DNA from: a virus
Taxonomy: Duplodnaviria > Heunggongvirae > Uroviricota > Caudoviricetes
Strand: one strand, 5' to 3'
IMG/VR virus record: IMGVR_UViG_3300014205_000176
DNA length: 58,247 nucleotides
Shown here: one piece after another, positions 1 through 7,332 of the stretch
Numbering within the stretch: position 1 is the stretch's first letter
Layout of the letters: the number at the start of each line of letters is the position of its first letter
The notes under the pieces: generated by a model
Databases searched by the model: none
Seen by the model: only the letters and a program-made list of their open reading frames with translations
What the model was told of the DNA's origin: nothing
Program-made: the position numbers and the translations under genes

Positions 1-10
1 AAGAGGAAGT

Positions 11-106
11 ATGCCATACGATGCTTGGTTGTTTTTAGTAGATGGAATGCGACAAGCAAGAGAACGCGGCGCATTTTATAATTGGACTGGTAGTGTTTGG
101 AAATAA
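11..106 (+). CDS. small hypothetical protein (31 aa, MPYDAWLFLVDGMRQARERGAFYNWTGSVWK)
   Basis: ATG at 11 preceded by AAGAGG; read manually because it is below the ORF track cutoff. Confidence 0.4.
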   Translation: MPYDAWLFLVDGMRQARERGAFYNWTGSVWK

Positions 107-121
107 CAACCAGCCCACCAA

Positions 122-243
122 AAACAGTCAATTCGAAGTGCTTACACGCAATTGTACAACGGTAGTACATTAGTCTGCAACACTAAATGTTGTTGGTTCA
201 AATCCAACTTGCTAATCAAAATAGCCCTTCACCTCGACTGTTT
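122..243 (+). ncRNA. Y-RNA-like stem enclosing a tRNA-Cys-like module
   Basis: AACAGTC (123-129) pairs with GACTGTT (236-242); a bulge AATTC is followed by GAAGTG pairing with CACCTC; the tRNA-like body lies inside. Confidence 0.55.
145..219 (+). tRNA. tRNA-Cys(GCA)-like, with a defective acceptor stem
   Basis: D arm GTAC/GTAC; anticodon arm TTAGT-CTGCAAC-ACTAA; T arm GTTGG-TTCAAAT-CCAAC; U73; only 4 of 7 acceptor pairs form; 3' end CAA rather than CCA. Confidence 0.7.
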
Positions 244-252
244 ATTTACTTC

Positions 253-392
253 GGCCATATACAGAGGATCGGTTCCTCACCACCCTTCCACGGTGGAGCT
301 TAACGCTCTTTCAGATTTACCACTCGCGCTCGCAAGAATGCACAAGGTAGTTCTTACACGCAATTTGGGTTCAACTCCCAATATGGCCTCTA
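253..392 (+). ncRNA. tRNA-Gly(TCC)-like RNA with a 68-nt insertion at the variable-loop position
   Basis: acceptor GGCCATA/TATGGCC; D-like arm GAGG/CCTC; anticodon arm CCACC-CTTCCAC-GGTGG; T arm TTGGG-TTCAACT-CCCAA; U73; extra sequence at 297-364. Confidence 0.6.
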
Positions 393-517
393 GGGTAGTC
401 AAATTCGAGATGCTTACACGCAATTCGCTCAATGGTTGAGCATTTTCCTTATAAGAAAACAGCATAGGTTCAATTCCTATATTACGTACCAAAACAAGCG
501 TTTCTCCTCGACTATCC
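393..517 (+). ncRNA. Y-RNA-like stem enclosing tRNA-Ile
   Basis: GGGTAGTC (393-400) pairs with GACTATCC (510-517); bulge AAATTC then GAG/CTC; TGCTT (411-415) pairs with AAGCG (496-500). Confidence 0.55.
418..491 (+). tRNA. tRNA-Ile(TAT)
   Basis: acceptor ACGCAAT/ATTACGT (one C:A mismatch); D arm GCTC/GAGC; anticodon arm TTTTC-CTTATAA-GAAAA; T arm ATAGG-TTCAATT-CCTAT; A73; encoded CCA. Confidence 0.85.
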
Positions 518-530
518 AAACTTTTTACCA

Positions 531-1031
531 ATGACGACAAACTGGGCTGAGAACGACGAATTATTCTTCTCACAACTAAAAGAAGGTTTCGAATGGCAGA
601 AATTGCCGAAACTCTTCTTCGAGTTGCACGGTTTGAAAGTTGAGATGCCCGAACTAACTATTCGGGACTCCATCGCTGATGCCGGCGCGTACATGTCTTC
701 CAAAGACCTAATCGTCAATGGGCAGACTATTGAAACCAAAAGCCGCAACGAAGCATTCACATATCCATTATCCTTTCCGTACAAAACTCTATTTGTAGAT
801 ACGGTTTCTGGATTTGATGGAAAGAAAAAGAAGCCATTAGCATATGTGTTCATCTCCAGACCAACTGGAAGTTTGATCTGCTTAATGACTTCCACAATTA
901 GTTCATGGACTATTGAAGAGAAATTCGATAGAGTGCGGAAAATCACCGACAGGTTCTACCTTGCCGATAGAAAGCTCTGCACCACGCTAGACGAACTGGT
1001 TGAAGCTCTTAAAGCCGAACCAGTAGCCTGA
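531..1031 (+). CDS. putative PD-(D/E)XK-fold nuclease
   Basis: 166-aa ORF with D-x7-ExK motif (KDLIVNGQTIETKSR). Confidence 0.5.
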   Translation: MTTNWAENDELFFSQLKEGFEWQKLPKLFFELHGLKVEMPELTIRDSIADAGAYMSSKDLIVNGQTIETKSRNEAFTYPLSFPYKTLFVDTVSGFDGKKKKPLAYVFISRPTGSLICLMTSTISSWTIEEKFDRVRKITDRFYLADRKLCTTLDELVEALKAEPVA

Positions 1032-1120
1032 TGGAAACTATTGACTAATTTTCACGTTTGCATTATCGTCCCGCCGATCTATGCGCTAAGCGCAGGAATA
1101 TTGAAAGAAAGTACAAGAAA

Positions 1121-1354
1121 ATGAAAAGAACACTCCTCGTATCCCTCTGCCTAATCCTAGTCAATTGCGGCGGCTCTACCTGTCCCGCAGGATCCCACGC
1201 ACCAGCAACTTCAGTTTCCACTGAGATTACTTCGGTGACCATCATTCAACCAACAGCAGGTGCTCCTTCCACAGCAGGTGCTCCTTCCACAGCAGGTGCT
1301 CCTTCCACAGCCGCAGCAGGTGCTCCAGCCACTGCCCCAGCCCAACTCATGTAG
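1121..1354 (+). CDS. putative lipoprotein with TAGAPS repeats
   Basis: MKR-hydrophobic stretch-LVNC lipobox-like signal; Ala/Pro/Thr-rich tail. Confidence 0.6.
   Translation: MKRTLLVSLCLILVNCGGSTCPAGSHAPATSVSTEITSVTIIQPTAGAPSTAGAPSTAGAPSTAAAGAPATAPAQLM
1253..1306 (+). repeat. 3 x 18-nt tandem repeat ACAGCAGGTGCTCCTTCC
   Basis: read directly; encodes TAGAPS x3. Confidence 0.95.
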
Positions 1355-1359
1355 TCTTC

Positions 1360-1827
1360 ATGTCTGTCAATCACCAGCACGAAAATATTCGACGCCGTTT
1401 TTGGGCTGAAAGAGAAGCGATCATCAAGGGTCTTCGGACCTTTGATGATTCGACGGATAGCCTGACTAGAATGCTAGCACTTTTGTCTAGTTGTTCTAGA
1501 ACCATTATTCGATTGTTACAGCTCCCTGCAAAAGGGTTCTATGATATCGTCATCGTGCCTAAGGACCTAACAACTATTGATATCACCTTTGAATGGAAAG
1601 GTCCTAATGCTCTAGAAGGGAAGGTATATCTTGGCTTCATTTCACTTCAAGGCAATGAGGCTACTCTTCATTGGGAAAAGATTTCAGGAGCAACTGGGGC
1701 CGTCTCTGGCACTACCACATCCAAACTAGAATTCAATGAGGCCTCTGTATTGGGGGCTCTGGCTGATGTCATAGTAGATCGCCGTATTATGTCTTCCCTG
1801 GCTCTAATTATCAAGGATCCTGTGTGA
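1360..1827 (+). CDS. hypothetical protein
   Basis: 155-aa ORF followed by a terminator-like hairpin. Confidence 0.7.
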   Translation: MSVNHQHENIRRRFWAEREAIIKGLRTFDDSTDSLTRMLALLSSCSRTIIRLLQLPAKGFYDIVIVPKDLTTIDITFEWKGPNALEGKVYLGFISLQGNEATLHWEKISGATGAVSGTTTSKLEFNEASVLGALADVIVDRRIMSSLALIIKDPV

Positions 1828-1841
1828 AGATTAGCTGTAGA

Positions 1842-1880
1842 GAGAAGGGCCGTCATGAAAGTGGCGGCTTTTCTCATTTA
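1842..1880 (+). terminator. intrinsic terminator-like hairpin
   Basis: GAGAAGGGCCGTCAT-GAAA-GTGGCGGCTTTTCTC directly after a stop codon. Confidence 0.65.
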
Positions 1881-1909
1881 AGCTCATGCCAATAAATCAA
1901 CATTGATAC

Positions 1910-2578
1910 ATGGACGTTGCAAGTATACTTAAAAAGATCGTAGCTCTCAATAATCATATTCAGAATTCTTTGGTAAAAAAAGGTTCACAGCCAACTTCAT
2001 TGGTGGCGAAACTTGTTGATCATATCAATTCTGGGAAAATGATTTATGATTCAATTCGTGGATATGAAAAACCAGATCTTAATTGGAATCAAGCCACCTT
2101 GATGTTGCAAAAGTGCAAGGACACTCTAAGCCCAGAAATATTCAACGCCATAATTGCTGATGTCCAGAAGTTTACTAAGCCTCATAAGCTTGAACGTTTT
2201 GCTGTAGAATGGGAAAAATGGCTCAAGAGAGATAGTGAAATCTCATTAGATCCAGAAGTTGTTGAAGAATCATCGATTGTCAACAGTTCAACCAACATCC
2301 AAAACCTGTTAAATGCAGCTGCCCACCTTGAAAAATCTGCTGACAATATGAATGTGGCTAAGGCACGGTTGGCGCAATTGATTAATAGTCACGTTAATCA
2401 TATAGCTGGACTGATCGATAGGGGCCAATCTGATGAAGCTAAAGAATATCTTGATGTGATTCGTCCACAGGGTTGGGAAAAGAATACTGAGAGAAATATC
2501 GATAAATTATATGAGCAGGTAGTTAAGGGATTGGCCGAAAAACTTAATCCAGAGGCATTTCAAGCTCTTGGTTTGTAA
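1910..2578 (+). CDS. hypothetical protein
   Basis: 222-aa ORF. Confidence 0.75.
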   Translation: MDVASILKKIVALNNHIQNSLVKKGSQPTSLVAKLVDHINSGKMIYDSIRGYEKPDLNWNQATLMLQKCKDTLSPEIFNAIIADVQKFTKPHKLERFAVEWEKWLKRDSEISLDPEVVEESSIVNSSTNIQNLLNAAAHLEKSADNMNVAKARLAQLINSHVNHIAGLIDRGQSDEAKEYLDVIRPQGWEKNTERNIDKLYEQVVKGLAEKLNPEAFQALGL

Positions 2579-2599
2579 GTAATTATTTAGCATTAATAC

Positions 2600-4852
2600 A
2601 TGCTGGATAGGTTTTGTCTATTAAATAATTTGCTTGAAAGTGTATTCACTGGAATTCCTAAACGGGCTTCTGAAGAGGATGACTTTGATTTCGACCTTCC
2701 TTTGTACGAAGGGTCTGCTATAGTTAAACCTAAAGTCCCAACACCGCCAGCAATAGTTTCAATACCTCCAATACCATCAGCCCCAGCTCCGGTAACGTCT
2801 CCGACTCCAGTTCCGGTAACGCTTCCTGTACCTAAAGCGTTTCCGTCATGGGTTGATCCTACTTGGAAGCCAATTCCTAAATTTAAGGGACAGGCTGAGA
2901 AGTTCGATACTTCACAGTGGGGAAATCTTGATGAATGGATTGATGAAGAGCCTAAAGAAGTGCCGAAGTCACCAGAGGTCATTGAGCCAACTGTTGAGGA
3001 ATTTGATCCTGATGAATTATTAGTATCAAAGCCAGTTCCCCAAGGCATGTCTGTGCAAGAGGCTCAGAGTTATCTGGAATCTCTGCCAGATAATGATCGT
3101 TTAGCGAAGGCTTTGGTTGCCTTGGATATGGCAGATGAAGAGATTAGATTACACCCAAAAGACAAGAAACTTGCTTCAAGTGTTTTAGCCTTATTGACCG
3201 CCCATTTCATGGGGTTGGTTGAAAATGCAGATGAGGTATTTGGTAAGAACAAGGATTTGGGAATATCTGCCGCTAAAACTATGATGGAAAGCTTCAGCGA
3301 AAAAATCAAGGCTCTTCCTAAAAGACTATTGGAGCGTACACAGAATGAAATTAATAAACTCACAGGTGCTGTTCCGAAGAAGCTTCGTCCACTAACCAGT
3401 CAATTTTATGGGCCTGAATTAATCTTCATCAACAACAGAGCCATCAAACTTATGACTGCTGGAGAGGTTTCTATTGATGAAGCAGAACAAACCGCAAACG
3501 AGGAATGGCTTGCGCTTAAACAATTAGCCGAGGGATTAATTCCTGATAATTCTTCTGCACAGAATGAATTGTTGAAGATAGGATCGCAAGAACTATTAGC
3601 TTCTAGTGAATTTTCAGATGCTAAAAAGAAAATGGTACTATATTCCGAAGCTTTTGAATCAGGAAACCTACAAAGTCTATCCGTATCAAATTCTAGCGAG
3701 CTATTTCCTGATGTGAAAGTTGATCCATCTGAACCATGGGAAAAGTCTGCCGAGGTACTTGCTGCCGAAGACTTCTTGCTTGATGAAATTCCAGAGGAGG
3801 CTCAAGAGCAGCTAACAAACCTTTTGGGAAGATTCGGAAGGCGCGCGGTAGAATTCTGGAAATTAACAGATTTCATTCGAAAGAATAGGGGTAGGGATGA
3901 AAATAAAATTGCAGAAGCAGAGCTTCTTTTACAAACTGTATACGATCGCATCAGAGCTTTGTCTATAGATATATTTACACTCAATCGCAAATACATAGAT
4001 CTTGCCTATAACGAATTTAAAGAAGCCTATATTATAAGTAGAAGTATAGAAACTATTGCAGAAGAGTATGGGCTTGAATCTATTCAATCTGCATCTGAGA
4101 TTTCGGTAGGACAAAGTGCTGAGGAAGGTTTACATGTTTCAGATCAATCTGGTCCAAGAGATCCAAATGCAATAAATCCAAGACTCAAGAGAGAGAGTGA
4201 GAGTCCAGAAGACTATGCAATTAGACAGTCACATGAAAAGGAACTAGCCGACGCTTCTCGACACCGTTATCTTCAAAGAATATTAGCTCAAGGAGACGCT
4301 CAAGGGTATCTGGAACGTAAAAATCAATACCAATTAGCTCAGCGTCCAAAAGAATCGACAGAAGATTATCGTACTCGAAGAAAGACTGAAATTGAAATAA
4401 ACCGTATTAGAAATCCTGAGTACAAGAGAAATAAGACTGAAATGGTTAAGTGGAGAAAACTAGCCACTCTAAAAGATGTTGATCCATCTGAACTTAGAAA
4501 ACAAGTAGAGAACCTAATTAAGCACCAGGAATTTAGAACATATGATTTATTTCAACGCATCAATGAATCATGGCTTCCGGCAGATAAATTGTTAGAGATA
4601 GAAACTTCTTTAATGGAAATTAGAGTTCAATATTTCAAGAGAGAGTATGAAGCTATCAAGGATTTTGATGGGATGAATAAGACTGTTCTAAAGGCATTTA
4701 TATATATGATTGATCAAATACCTAGATACTTTGAAGAAGCAAAGAAGAAGGCACATGCCGAGAAGGTTAGTTCTGCTAGAATCACTTTGGACATGGCCTC
4801 GACGTTAGCGAAATATGCTAGCTCATCCAGGAGCCGCTCTAACGGCCTTTGA
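2600..4852 (+). CDS. large hypothetical protein, Pro-rich and acidic N-terminus, mostly helical
   Basis: 750-aa ORF; no recognised domain. Confidence 0.8.
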   Translation: MLDRFCLLNNLLESVFTGIPKRASEEDDFDFDLPLYEGSAIVKPKVPTPPAIVSIPPIPSAPAPVTSPTPVPVTLPVPKAFPSWVDPTWKPIPKFKGQAEKFDTSQWGNLDEWIDEEPKEVPKSPEVIEPTVEEFDPDELLVSKPVPQGMSVQEAQSYLESLPDNDRLAKALVALDMADEEIRLHPKDKKLASSVLALLTAHFMGLVENADEVFGKNKDLGISAAKTMMESFSEKIKALPKRLLERTQNEINKLTGAVPKKLRPLTSQFYGPELIFINNRAIKLMTAGEVSIDEAEQTANEEWLALKQLAEGLIPDNSSAQNELLKIGSQELLASSEFSDAKKKMVLYSEAFESGNLQSLSVSNSSELFPDVKVDPSEPWEKSAEVLAAEDFLLDEIPEEAQEQLTNLLGRFGRRAVEFWKLTDFIRKNRGRDENKIAEAELLLQTVYDRIRALSIDIFTLNRKYIDLAYNEFKEAYIISRSIETIAEEYGLESIQSASEISVGQSAEEGLHVSDQSGPRDPNAINPRLKRESESPEDYAIRQSHEKELADASRHRYLQRILAQGDAQGYLERKNQYQLAQRPKESTEDYRTRRKTEIEINRIRNPEYKRNKTEMVKWRKLATLKDVDPSELRKQVENLIKHQEFRTYDLFQRINESWLPADKLLEIETSLMEIRVQYFKREYEAIKDFDGMNKTVLKAFIYMIDQIPRYFEEAKKKAHAEKVSSARITLDMASTLAKYASSSRSRSNGL

Positions 4853-4950
4853 TCCACCGACGATGCCTACCACGCAGAAAGTCCAATCGCGTGTCTGAGG
4901 CAATCCTGAGCGGAGCAATGGGCATGTTTTACCAACCGGATCGAGATCGG

Positions 4951-5344
4951 CTAGCGAAGTACCTCTAACTCAAGACCAAGTAGCTTTAATTGATGATGAA
5001 TATTTTGATTACATCAATCAATGAAAATGGTTTGCTACAAAAGACAGAAAAACATATTATGCTTGCAGAGTGATTTCTATTGGGACCGATAATCAGTCAA
5101 GTAATTTAAGAGAAGCAAAATCATTACATAATAATAGGAACAAATCAAAATGTGAGAATTGTTCTTCTAAATATAAGGGAGTTTCTTTTTGTAGAGCCCG
5201 TAGAAAGTGGTTGATTAGAATTATGGACATCACAAAGATATATGCCTTGGATATTTTGATGACGAGATTGAAGCAGCTCATATATACGATAAAGCAGCTA
5301 AGATGTATTTCTTAGAGTTAGCGAAACTAAACTTTCCAATATGA
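4951..5344 (+). pseudogene. HNH-AP2 homing endonuclease pseudogene
   Basis: EVPLTQDQVALIDDEYFDYINQ*KWF (internal TGA), truncated HNH region, SKYKGVS...W, then a frameshift to LGYFDDEIEAAHIYDKAAKMYFLELAKLNF (AP2 domain). Confidence 0.8.
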
Positions 5345-5412
5345 AGTGACAAGAAAACTTCCGGTCGAGAACCCTTAAAAATCCAAGATCTGTGAAGGGG
5401 AATTGGAGAGGG

Positions 5413-5480
5413 GATCTTTAATTAAGATCTTTAATTAATTAATTAATTAAGATTAAAGATCATATTACCGAAGGTAATAT
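5413..5480. repeat. AT-rich palindromic tract with (TTAA)5 and a hairpin
   Basis: GATCTTTAATTAA x2; (TTAA)5 at 5431-5450; ATATTACC-GAA-GGTAATAT at 5462-5480. Confidence 0.85.
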
Positions 5481-5540
5481 GGCACGTGGTTTTTAGTGGT
5501 TTTCAATTGATGTTACCAAAGAATTCAAAGTTTGATTTAG

Positions 5541-5861
5541 GTGCAAATGGAATTTCAAGGACTACCAGGAATAGAAGAGTATTTAGAATCTCGTGCTAAT
5601 GGGTGTCCAATAGATGTATCTGAATTAGATCATGTATCCGAATCTCTAGTTGCTTATTGTGGTCTAACAAAGGAACAAGCAAAAAGAATTTTAGCTCAGT
5701 TCTTTCAAGTAATTAGATCTACAATGCTCAATGGTAATGTTGTTGATATTAGAGGGTTCGGATCATTTTTTATATCGAGCCCATCTGTGTCGTCGAATTC
5801 AAAGAAAGTATTTCCGAAATTCAAGGCGAAGAGATCATTGTCGAGAAGACTCAATGGATAA
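5541..5861 (+). CDS. HU/IHF-like DNA-binding protein
   Basis: GLTKEQAKRIL...VVDIRGFGSF...PKFKAKRSL pattern. Confidence 0.85.
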   Translation: MQMEFQGLPGIEEYLESRANGCPIDVSELDHVSESLVAYCGLTKEQAKRILAQFFQVIRSTMLNGNVVDIRGFGSFFISSPSVSSNSKKVFPKFKAKRSLSRRLNG

Positions 5862-6108
5862 AACAACATCAGAATCATTAGCTGCCATTGTAATTAGTAA
5901 TAGAATTCTTGGTCTATATTCGGATGAGGCTAAAGTTTGTATGAGTGAATTGCTCCGTCGTAGGGAAGATGATGGAGATTCATTTGAATTCGAAAAATAT
6001 ATCAATGATCAGATAGAAATAGTAAACGGACTTAATGATAAATCTAGAGAAGGTAATGGCCTTATAAATCTGATTTCAAGCTTATCATCTATAGGAAGAA
6101 TGATATGA
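5854..6108 (+). CDS. hypothetical protein
   Basis: ATG at 5854 overlaps the upstream gene end; operon-like packing. Confidence 0.65.
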   Translation: MDKTTSESLAAIVISNRILGLYSDEAKVCMSELLRRREDDGDSFEFEKYINDQIEIVNGLNDKSREGNGLINLISSLSSIGRMI

Positions 6109-6626
6109 GAGAGTTTGATCTTTGCAAAGAACTATCACTAAAGCTGGCTAAGGATCTTGGTGTAACACCATTTTCAATTGGAAAGACTAGTCTGACACAT
6201 CCTGATCTGTTGACAAAGTTGACACTAAATGTTTCAGATGAAAATGGGGGAGATGTTCGGAAGGTGCCGATTTGGTACGGGGAAGCTGTTGGGGCAGAGG
6301 GGATTTCGTGCGGTGTTTTAGCCGGTCTTGACACTGATCCGGACAAATTGGAGTTTGCATTTGTTCTTGGATTCAAAGACTTTGATGGAGAATTTCAAAC
6401 TGATGGAGTTAGGCTTTCGTTCCATTACGACTGGGCAAATGAGGAAGATCCAGGTACAATAGTAATGAAAGCTGGAGATAAATGGTTGCCGATCAGTTTG
6501 GCCCAGCGGCTGCAGCTAATTCTCGGATTCGAAACTATGGTTCAGGATGGTGTGCTGTGGCAGGCGTCCCCGAATCTTCCAGAAGAACTTAGGAAAGATC
6601 TGGCTGAGATAATCGAGGTTGACTAA
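6105..6626 (+). CDS. hypothetical protein
   Basis: 173-aa ORF, ATGA overlap. Confidence 0.7.
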   Translation: MREFDLCKELSLKLAKDLGVTPFSIGKTSLTHPDLLTKLTLNVSDENGGDVRKVPIWYGEAVGAEGISCGVLAGLDTDPDKLEFAFVLGFKDFDGEFQTDGVRLSFHYDWANEEDPGTIVMKAGDKWLPISLAQRLQLILGFETMVQDGVLWQASPNLPEELRKDLAEIIEVD

Positions 6627-6663
6627 AAAAATAGCTGATGGTACCATGCCCGTACGCTGCTAA

Positions 6664-6888
6664 ATGGCCGGACACTCCATTCCTCTATCTGATATGGTAT
6701 TCTACATATTGACGCCATATAAGATTGAGGCATTCGAACATAGCTTGTCTGACTTCTTAGCGGATGATATTTTTCAAACCATTCAGTTAGAAAGCACCAA
6801 AATAGCTACCGATAAAGTGTGCTTACAAAATCTTCAAAAGGAATACCCTTCCTATTACATATATGAAATCAAGGTAGGAAAGATGTAA
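6664..6888 (+). CDS. hypothetical protein
   Basis: 74-aa ORF abutting the next gene. Confidence 0.55.
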   Translation: MAGHSIPLSDMVFYILTPYKIEAFEHSLSDFLADDIFQTIQLESTKIATDKVCLQNLQKEYPSYYIYEIKVGKM

Positions 6889-7332
6889 ATGTCTGCTGAA
6901 TTTATCGTTAAATACATTGCTGAAGCGGCAAGTAAGGATGAAAATCCTGCTGATGCTGCGAAGGCCGAGATAAAAACAATAGACGAAACTCTCAATATTG
7001 CTGAGAAATTGAAGATTCGTCGCATGCAGTTGGTTTCCGTATTAGATCATTTAGGGGATGATACTTATAAACGGAGACGAGCCAACTCAACACCATCTTC
7101 TGATGATATTGATGTATCATCAGAAGATAATCAAGAGTTGTTGCAAAAGATACGCACAGCTATTTCTGAGTTTGGTCCGATGTTAGTGAGAGACTTAATT
7201 CGAGAAGTCGGAGGATATGATCAAGATTCTCTAATTATGCGTGCTGTCAAGTGGCTTGGAGAACAAGAGATCGTATCACGGGATTCTGAAGGACGAGTAC
7301 AACCAGGTAAGTTTTGGGAAAAGGACATCTAA
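6889..7332 (+). CDS. hypothetical protein, possible winged-helix C-terminus
   Basis: 147-aa ORF; LVRDLIREVGG...RAVKWLGEQEIVSRDSEGRV. Confidence 0.65.
   Translation: MSAEFIVKYIAEAASKDENPADAAKAEIKTIDETLNIAEKLKIRRMQLVSVLDHLGDDTYKRRRANSTPSSDDIDVSSEDNQELLQKIRTAISEFGPMLVRDLIREVGGYDQDSLIMRAVKWLGEQEIVSRDSEGRVQPGKFWEKDI

Larger units (their letters stand above)
141..425 (+). repeat. three exact copies of CTTACACGCAATT (141-153, 353-365, 413-425)
   Basis: identical 13-mer read directly; each copy overlaps a tRNA-like structure. Confidence 0.95.

Noticed and set aside
84-120. GGACTGG...CCAGCCC-ACCA minihelix as a tRNA or tmRNA 3' end
   Set aside because: No TTC T-loop, and the 5' half lies within a small ORF with a good RBS; it may be only a terminator-like hairpin.
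253-392. tmRNA
   Set aside because: Far too short, no tag reading frame, and it has an anticodon arm that tmRNA lacks.
141-425. The 13-nt repeats as a CRISPR array
   Set aside because: Repeats are too short, spacing is irregular (212 and 60 nt start to start), the intervening sequences are tRNA-like, and no cas operon is present.
4853-4967. Frameshifted continuation of the 750-aa ORF
   Set aside because: All frames close within about 40 codons and no slippery site or recognisable domain is seen.
5017-5019. TGA readthrough or an alternative genetic code
   Set aside because: The same gene also has a frameshift and a deletion, and long ORFs elsewhere translate cleanly in code 11 with TGA and TAG used as stops.
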